The position numbers and the translations under genes are program-made. A stretch of 36,174 bases of DNA from an uncultured Ardenticatenales bacterium (GTDB lineage Bacteria; Chloroflexota; Anaerolineae; Ardenticatenales; JAADHH01): the NCBI GenBank assembly GCA_964517425.1, contig CAZFFM010000001.1, positions 1 through 36,174 on the forward strand, written 5' to 3'. This document shows positions 16,161-21,976 of this stretch, piece by piece (positions within the stretch are counted from its first letter, which is position 1; each line of letters begins with the position of its first letter). Below the pieces are notes generated by a model. That model saw only the letters and a program-made list of their open reading frames with translations, had not been told where the DNA came from and made no database searches.

Positions 16161-17100
16161 ATTCCACCTCCCAATCGTCTCCGGCTGTCGCCGGCTCAAA
16201 CTCCTTCCCGATGATTCTTTCGTAGACGGCGATGTAACGCTGGGCCGCCTGTACGGCCAGCGCCGGCGGCATGGGCGGCGGTTCCCCCGCGCCGCGATAG
16301 CCGCGTGCCGCATACCACAAACGGACGAACTCTTTGTCGAAGTTTTCCGGCTCCTCGCCGGCGGCCAACTGGGACTCGTAGCTATCGGCTCGCCAGAAGC
16401 GGCTGGAATCGGGCGTGTGAATCTCGTCAATCAGGGTCAGTTGGCCGTCGAGATCGCCGAACTCGTATTTCGTGTCCACCAGGACGAGGCCGCCCCGCGC
16501 GCAAACTTCTGTGCCCCGTGCGAAGAGGGCCAGGGCCACGCGCTGCATCTCCGCCCACGTATCAGCGGGCACGAGACCGCGCGCCACCACCTCGTCGCCG
16601 GTGATGCGCTCGTCGTGCGCGCCGCCGGTCGCCTTCGTCGTCGGCGTGATCAGCGGCTGCGGCAATCGCTCGTTCTTGCGCAACCCGTCGGGCAGGCGGT
16701 GGCCGTACAGCTCGCGCACACCCCGTTCGTAGTGATACCACAGGCTCGTCGTCGTCACTCCGGTGATGTAGCCGCGCACGATCACCTCCACCGGGTAGGG
16801 CCGGCAGACGTGCACGAGCGCAGCGTTCGGCTGCGGTACGTCCAGCAGGTGGTTGGGCACAATGTCCGCCGTCTGCTCGAACCAGAAGGCGGCTAGTTGA
16901 TTGAGCACCTGCCCTTTGTACGGCACCAAGCCCAGCACGCGATCGAACGCACTCAGCCGGTCGGTGGTGATCAGCAAGCGCCGGCCCTCCGGCAGGTCAT
17001 ACCAATCGCGCACCTTGCCGCGTCCCCGCTCGCCTAGCGCCAGGTCTACGCCGGCGAGGGCGTGCGGTAAGGCTTCGTGCAGTTGTGATTTGGTTAGCAT
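16138..17100 (-). CDS. purC: Phosphoribosylaminoimidazole-succinocarboxamide synthase
   Basis: 320 aa, long-form SAICAR synthetase (GKVRDWY, TDRLSAFD, LVDTKYEFG). Confidence 0.9.
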   Translation of the reverse strand: MLTKSQLHEALPHALAGVDLALGERGRGKVRDWYDLPEGRRLLITTDRLSAFDRVLGLVPYKGQVLNQLAAFWFEQTADIVPNHLLDVPQPNAALVHVCRPYPVEVIVRGYITGVTTTSLWYHYERGVRELYGHRLPDGLRKNERLPQPLITPTTKATGGAHDERITGDEVVARGLVPADTWAEMQRVALALFARGTEVCARGGLVLVDTKYEFGDLDGQLTLIDEIHTPDSSRFWRADSYESQLAAGEEPENFDKEFVRLWYAARGYRGAGEPPPMPPALAVQAAQRYIAVYERIIGKEFEPATAGDDWEVEYGDGELL

Positions 17101-17111
17101 GGGTCGTCTCC

Positions 17112-17146
17112 GTTGAGCGGTGAGCGTGGAGCGTGAGACGTGGAAC
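17112..17146. repeat. Heptad array, 5 units, inverted orientation
   Basis: The units are gttgagc ggtgagc gtggagc gtgagac gtggaac, in the purC leader. Confidence 0.7.
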
Positions 17147-17163
17147 GAGCATGCCGTTTCAGA

Positions 17164-17568
17164 CTACACGACCATCGTGATCAACTCAAGTTCCTCAATG
17201 ATCTCAAAATCAGAGGGGTTGTGAGTAATGAGTGGGAGACGATACTGAAGAGCCGTCGCTGCTATCCAGGCATCCTGTGGAGAAATGGGGTGCCCTGCAG
17301 CACGGCAGTTGGCTCGAATATCTCCCCACAAACGACACAGCGCAATATCAAAAGGTAAGACAACGAAGTTGTGGAGGCTTGCCTCTAACCGACGTCTCCG
17401 AAGCACTCCCCAATTGCGTACGGCAGCCCATTGAAACAGCTCGGCCACAGTCATAAAGGAAATCGCCAACCTTCGATTCTCCAGATAGGGCGCATAGGAT
17501 TCTGCACGGCTATCCCCCTTGAACAAGAAAGAAACGATGTTCGTATCGAGCAGAACCGTGTCCATCAA
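17164..17568 (-). CDS. vapC: PIN-domain toxin, VapC family
   Basis: 134 aa with VLLDTNIV and other PIN acidic residues. There is a 4-nt ATGA overlap with the upstream antitoxin gene. Confidence 0.85.
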   Translation of the reverse strand: MMDTVLLDTNIVSFLFKGDSRAESYAPYLENRRLAISFMTVAELFQWAAVRNWGVLRRRRLEASLHNFVVLPFDIALCRLWGDIRANCRAAGHPISPQDAWIAATALQYRLPLITHNPSDFEIIEELELITMVV

Positions 17569-17858
17569 TTCGACCGATCTTCCTGTCGTTGCTGATACAC
17601 ATACTCGATGAAGTCATCAACTGACTCACTTTCGGGCCAAAAATCTACCCGTAAGCTCGCAATGTCCGTGAGTGGTTCGATTTGCTGCGTTTGCACGAAC
17701 TGTTCGAGCGTTCGCGGTTGCCAAAAATCTCCCTCTGGCCCTACAGCAGGATGATAGCTGCGATACAAAGAGTGAGAGATAACCCGTATAAGATTCAACT
17801 GTTCCAGTGGCGATAGTTCTTGCGTTGCTTCAATCATGGTTTGTAGTTTTGTGGTCAT
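17565..17858 (-). CDS. Antitoxin partner of VapC (family not recognised)
   Basis: 97 aa, translationally coupled to vapC, with GGGAGGA RBS and its own promoter and operator upstream. Confidence 0.65.
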   Translation of the reverse strand: MTTKLQTMIEATQELSPLEQLNLIRVISHSLYRSYHPAVGPEGDFWQPRTLEQFVQTQQIEPLTDIASLRVDFWPESESVDDFIEYVYQQRQEDRSN

Positions 17859-17911
17859 TCATCCTCCCATTTTCAATCTGAGACCGATGACACGATACGG
17901 CTTTCCCCATT

Positions 17912-17940
17912 ACTATAGCACAAACAGTTTGTACTTGCAA
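17912..17940 (-). promoter_or_regulatory. TA-module promoter TTGCAA-17-TATAGT with a palindrome in the spacer
   Basis: The -35 is at 17935-17940 and the -10 is rc of 17912-17917. The palindrome acaaac-a-gtttgt at 17920-17932 lies inside the 17-nt spacer. Confidence 0.55.
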
Positions 17941-18170
17941 TAGTTTACCAGCCACGGGCCTCTCGGGCCGAACCTAGCACATACTCGGAGAATCGAACTT
18001 GGTCTTTGCGAGAACAACGGCCATATCCCTCGGCAATGTTCGCACCAACTGAGCCAACGGCCCTGTAAAACCGGTCAGGCAAACTGAAGGTACGCCTGTC
18101 CCGAATCAGTTTGGACACGTCGCGCTAAGCGAGGTCTCCAGCAAAGATAACCAGAAAGCACTGTCTCCGT

Positions 18171-18254
18171 CACGCACCACGCACCACGCTCCACGCCCTA
18201 CGCCCCACGCCCTACGCCCCACGCCCTACGCCCCACGCCCTACGCCCCACGCCC
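18171..18254. repeat. Heptad array, 12 in-register units (CACGCCC/TACGCCC alternation)
   Basis: cacgcac x2, cacgctc, then (cacgccc tacgccc)x4.5. The array supplies the last 8 codons and the TAG stop of purB. Confidence 0.85.
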
Positions 18255-19617
18255 CGGCCCGCTCCGGCGCGTTGCCCACGTAGCCTTCCACGGTCATCAG
18301 CGCCAGGACATCGCCGTCCGGCAGATAGGCAGTGATTCGCTCGTCGGCCGCCAGCCGGTCGGCCAGCGGGTTCGGCTCGCCGCGTCGTACGGCTGCCCAC
18401 GCAGCCAGGCTGTGCTCGCGGATCACCTCGTGCATCGCCTGGCGGTCGGCGCCGGCGCGGGCCAGGGCCATCAGCAGCGGCTCCGTGGCCGCAAAGGGGC
18501 CGTAGGTCGCCAGATTTTGCGCCATGCGATCCTCGTCAACCACCAATCCCTCGACGATTCGCCGAGCGCAGCGCAACATCTCGTCGGTGGCCAGGAACGC
18601 CTGCGGCAGAATCACGCGCCGGTTCGCCGAATCGTCCAGCGTGCGCTCCAGCAGCGAGTTGGCGGCGTTGTCCCAGGCGACCGCCGGCAGATCGCGCACC
18701 AGCCGCGCCAGCGAACAGATTTTCTCAGCGGTGATCGGATTGCGCTTGAAGGGCATGGCGGACGAGCCGACCTGCTTCGCGCCGAACGGCTCGCTCCATT
18801 CGCCAAAGGGGGGTGACTGCAACAGCCGCAGGTCGAACGCCAGCTTGTGCAGCGACGCGGCCGCCCCGGCCAGCGCGCTCAGCACCTGCCAGTCCTGCCG
18901 GCGGGGATAGACCTGGGAAGTCACCGGCCACGCCTCCAGGCCCAAATCGGCCATCACCTGCGCTTCCATTTCAGCAGCGGACATCCCCGTCCCCTCGAGC
19001 AGTTTCGTGTACGAGGCTGCCGTACCGACCGCGCCCTTCAGTCCCTTGCCGCGCACGTCATCCCGCGCACGGGCGACGGCCTGCCGGTCGGCCAGCAAGT
19101 CCTGTGCATAGAGGGCCAGGCGGTAGCCGAGCGTGGTCGGCTCCGCCGGCTGGATGTGCGTGTAGGCCAGGCAAGGCGTCTTGGCGTAGCGCTCGATCTG
19201 TGCGGCCAGCGCTTCGAGCAGCGCGTCCAGCCCGGCCAGGATCAGGTCGAGCGAATCGCGCAGACGCAGGGCATCGGCGTTGTCCTCGATGTCCATGCTG
19301 GTCGCGCCGAGGTGCAGCTTGCCGCCGCCGGTCGGGCACTGCTCGGCGAAGGTGCGCAGCTCGGCCATCAGGTCGTGGTGGATTTCGGCCTCGATCTCCT
19401 GCGCCCGCTCGAAATCCACGTCATCCTGGTGCGCCTGCAAATCGGCCAGCTCGTCCGCTGAGATCAGACCGGCGTGGTGCTGCGCTGCCGCCAGTGCCAC
19501 CCAAACGCGTCGCCAGAGTCGCCGCTTGTTGGTCTCGCTCCACACCCTGCGCATCTCCGGCGAACCGTAGCGCCAGGTGAAGGGGGACAGAAATGTATCG
19601 TGTGTGTAAGAATTCAT
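18226..19617 (-). CDS. purB: Adenylosuccinate lyase
   Basis: 463 aa with HLGATSMDI and the GSSAMPFKRNP signature. GGAGG RBS lies upstream of the ATG at 19617. Confidence 0.95.
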   Translation of the reverse strand: MNSYTHDTFLSPFTWRYGSPEMRRVWSETNKRRLWRRVWVALAAAQHHAGLISADELADLQAHQDDVDFERAQEIEAEIHHDLMAELRTFAEQCPTGGGKLHLGATSMDIEDNADALRLRDSLDLILAGLDALLEALAAQIERYAKTPCLAYTHIQPAEPTTLGYRLALYAQDLLADRQAVARARDDVRGKGLKGAVGTAASYTKLLEGTGMSAAEMEAQVMADLGLEAWPVTSQVYPRRQDWQVLSALAGAAASLHKLAFDLRLLQSPPFGEWSEPFGAKQVGSSAMPFKRNPITAEKICSLARLVRDLPAVAWDNAANSLLERTLDDSANRRVILPQAFLATDEMLRCARRIVEGLVVDEDRMAQNLATYGPFAATEPLLMALARAGADRQAMHEVIREHSLAAWAAVRRGEPNPLADRLAADERITAYLPDGDVLALMTVEGYVGNAPERAGAWGVGRGA

Positions 19618-19626
19618 GGGCCTCCG

Positions 19627-19780
19627 GATTTTGGAATTTAGATTTTGGATTTTGGATTTCCGTGATATGTTTGCGCGTTGAAACGTTCCAACGTTTCACG
19701 TCCTCATGCTCCCCGCTCACCGCTCTACGCCCTCCGCTCCACGCTCCACGCTCTCCGCTCCACGCTCGGCGCTCTACGCG
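19627..19780. repeat. Heptad array, 22 in-register units filling the purQ-purB spacer
   Basis: gattttg gaattta gattttg gattttg gatttcc ... cacgtcc tcatgct ccccgct caccgct ctacgcc ctccgct ccacgct x2 ... A further 5 units at 19812-19846 lie inside the purQ 3-prime end. Confidence 0.85.
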
Positions 19781-20535
19781 CAGCCTACCGCACTCCGAAA
19801 CAGCCGCAACCCCACGCCCTCCGCTCCCCGCTCCACGCCCTCCGCCGAATGTGTCCAGGCCGGGTGTTGGTAGGGGGAGACGAAGCGTTCGGGGTGGGGC
19901 ATTAGGCCGAGAACGTTGCCGGCGGCGTTGCAGATTCCGGCGACCGCGTCCAGCGAGCCGTTCGGGTTGGCCGGATAGTCCGCTGCCGGACGGCCGTCGG
20001 GGGCAGCGTAGGTGAAGGCAATCTGCCCCTGCTCACGCCAGCAGGGCAGGTCACCCGCATCGGCGGGCACGAACTTCCCCTCGCCGTGGGCCACCGGCAA
20101 GGTGATCACCTCCGGCAGGTCTGCCGTCCACAGCGAGCGGCTTCGGTCCACGCGCAGGTGTACCCAGCGGCACTCGAATCGCCCGGAGTCGTTGGCCGTC
20201 AGCGTGGCCGCGGGGAGCAGGCCGGCCTTCACCAGCACCTGGAACCCGTTGCAGACGCCGAGCACCGGCTTGCCCGATTCGACGAAGCGCCACAGCGGTT
20301 CGCGCAGACGGTACACCAGGTCCACGGCGAGCAACTTGCCCGCGCCGAGTGCGTCGCCGTAGGTGAAGCCGCCGGGGATGGTCAGGATTTGGTAATCGTC
20401 CAGCCGCCGCTCCTCTCGCAGCAACTGGTTGACATGCACCAGTTCCGGCTCCGCGCCGGCCAGCCGCCACGCCTCTGCCGTCTCCCGGTCGCAATTCGAG
20501 CCGGGGCCTTGCAACACCAACACACGAGGTTTCAT
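19774..20535 (-). CDS. purQ: Phosphoribosylformylglycinamidine synthase, glutaminase subunit
   Basis: GVCNGFQ catalytic Cys, plus HGEG and MPHPER. The start is ATG 20535 (MKPRVLVLQ) or 20541. Confidence 0.9.
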   Translation of the reverse strand: MKPRVLVLQGPGSNCDRETAEAWRLAGAEPELVHVNQLLREERRLDDYQILTIPGGFTYGDALGAGKLLAVDLVYRLREPLWRFVESGKPVLGVCNGFQVLVKAGLLPAATLTANDSGRFECRWVHLRVDRSRSLWTADLPEVITLPVAHGEGKFVPADAGDLPCWREQGQIAFTYAAPDGRPAADYPANPNGSLDAVAGICNAAGNVLGLMPHPERFVSPYQHPAWTHSAEGVERGAEGVGLRLFRSAVGCA

Positions 20536-20550
20536 GGTCATTTTCGTTTC

Positions 20551-20579
20551 TTGTCACCTGTCACGAGCTGTAGTATAAT
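20551..20579 (+). promoter_or_regulatory. Promoter TTGTCA-17-TATAAT abutting the start of the 20583 ORF
   Basis: The -35 is at 20551-20556 and the -10 at 20574-20579. ATG codons lie at 20583 and 20589, which suggests a leaderless or near-leaderless transcript. Confidence 0.5.
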
Positions 20580-20582
20580 TGA

Positions 20583-21101
20583 ATGACAATGGAGACTCTA
20601 AAGGTTTCTGAAAGACCCTTAGGGCCTGGACAAAGGAGTTTTGACATGGCTAGAGCAATTATTGATAAACCTTTCCCTCTGACCCCACGCATCAGTGCCG
20701 ATAAAGCGTGTGCAGAGGCCACAAGTTTTCTGTTGGACCACGTAGGCACACAGCTCGTGGCGGCACAACCTTACCTGATGGTTTCGGCAGTGCGGGCTAC
20801 ATGGATTGTTCCTGTGCAACTGGCCTACATCCACAGCGGCTCGTTGGGTGGCGTTGGTGTCGTGGCCGTGGACGAAGAAACAGGACACGTCATTGCCTGG
20901 ACACCGATCGAGCAAATGAAGTCAGCCAGCCGGAAGCTACGGAACGCTCACGAACCAGAGCTTTCTGAACGGTTCCAAGCATTCATGGCCACACACAGCC
21001 GAGAGTCAAGCGAGTCTGCCGACTTTGCAAACGCGCTTGTCTCAAATGAATACGATGACTACTTAATTCAATTGGCCATGACGAACACTGACGAGACGTA
21101 A
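20583..21101 (+). CDS. Hypothetical protein
   Basis: 172-aa ORF with no motif I recognise. It is AT-richer than its flanks and is the first gene of a plus-strand trio inserted between purQ and purSL. Confidence 0.5.
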   Translation: MTMETLKVSERPLGPGQRSFDMARAIIDKPFPLTPRISADKACAEATSFLLDHVGTQLVAAQPYLMVSAVRATWIVPVQLAYIHSGSLGGVGVVAVDEETGHVIAWTPIEQMKSASRKLRNAHEPELSERFQAFMATHSRESSESADFANALVSNEYDDYLIQLAMTNTDET

Positions 21102-21117
21102 TGACCAGGCACGAACC

Positions 21118-21576
21118 ATGAAACGAACCACATCGGGCGAGACCGATTTCGCGAGCTACCGCAAGGCCTGGCGACAGCGTTGGCGTCATGCCGAAGAACG
21201 CCGTCGAGAAAAGGCTTCCCGCGCACGCGCAGCAGCCGAATCTTGTGCACGTTTCCTTATCAAGACCTATCACGTTCACCGTGTCTACCTCTTTGGTTCA
21301 TTGGCCGGCTGGAGTCCCCTGCACGACCGGTCTGACATTGACTTGGCCGTGGAAGGACTGCCTCCCGGCCATGCTTACATTCAAGCCCTCACCCAACTAT
21401 GGCCACTCCTCCCACCTGGCATAGACCTGGACCTGGTTCCGATCGAAGACGCTCACCCCGACTTGGCGGAACGAATTCAAAGAGAAGGGATTTTGCTTTA
21501 TGATGGCACGACATTTTACCCCGCTATGCGCGGATATAGACCGCGAACTGAGCAACCTGAAACAATTGACCATTGA
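21118..21576 (+). CDS. Nucleotidyltransferase-domain protein (MNT-type antitoxin)
   Basis: Polymerase-beta-like NTase signature LFGSLAGWSPLHDRSDIDLAV (G-S ... D-x-D). Confidence 0.75.
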   Translation: MKRTTSGETDFASYRKAWRQRWRHAEERRREKASRARAAAESCARFLIKTYHVHRVYLFGSLAGWSPLHDRSDIDLAVEGLPPGHAYIQALTQLWPLLPPGIDLDLVPIEDAHPDLAERIQREGILLYDGTTFYPAMRGYRPRTEQPETIDH

Positions 21577-21976
21577 AGCCGAAGAAACCCTCGACGGAGC
21601 ACGACGGCAAGTCACTTTCCTGGAGCTGCGGGCTGCGGGTAGTATACTGCATGACTTCTACAGCGGTATCGAAAAGATATTTCGACGCATTGCCCTCGAA
21701 GTGGACGGGAGTTTGCCCGCAGGACCCGATTGGCACCTCCAACTGCTTCTTCGGATGGCCTCCCCCCTCCAAGAAGCACGCCCGGCAGTCATCAACGAAG
21801 ACCTGAAAAACCGGTTGGGCGAATACCTTCGTTTCCGACATCTCATACGCAACATTTACGGGTTTGAACTGCAATGGGATCGTTGCCATGACTTGCTGTA
21901 TGACCTCTTCGATCTGTTCGCCGACCTTTCCGCACAACTACAACGCTTTCAACAGTTCTTGCTCTCCCTCGAATGA
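21500..21976 (+). CDS. HEPN-like partner of the MNT protein (putative toxin)
   Basis: 158 aa and helical. The motif is YLRFRHLIRNIYGFEL, as I remember it from HEPN partners of MNT genes. It overlaps the MNT gene by 77 nt (an alternative TTG start lies at 21566). Its 3-prime end overlaps the convergent purSL 3-prime end by 39 nt. Confidence 0.55.
   Translation: MMARHFTPLCADIDRELSNLKQLTIEAEETLDGARRQVTFLELRAAGSILHDFYSGIEKIFRRIALEVDGSLPAGPDWHLQLLLRMASPLQEARPAVINEDLKNRLGEYLRFRHLIRNIYGFELQWDRCHDLLYDLFDLFADLSAQLQRFQQFLLSLE

Noticed and set aside
17961-18063. tRNA-like strings on the minus strand (GGGCCGTTGGCTCAGTTGGT ... AAGTTCGATTCTCC) that might be a tRNA gene or an integration-site remnant next to the VapBC module.
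   Set aside because: I could not fold a cloverleaf. The D-stem, anticodon stem and T-stem do not pair, and there is no complementary acceptor 3-prime strand. At best it is a badly decayed fragment, and a tRNAscan run would settle it.
18171-18254. Could the short tandem arrays (here and at 11944, 15607, 19627, 24535, 27504 and 30549) be CRISPR arrays?
   Set aside because: The units are 7 nt, are directly abutting and have no unique spacers. CRISPR repeats are 24-48 nt and are separated by spacers of similar size. No cas genes are present.
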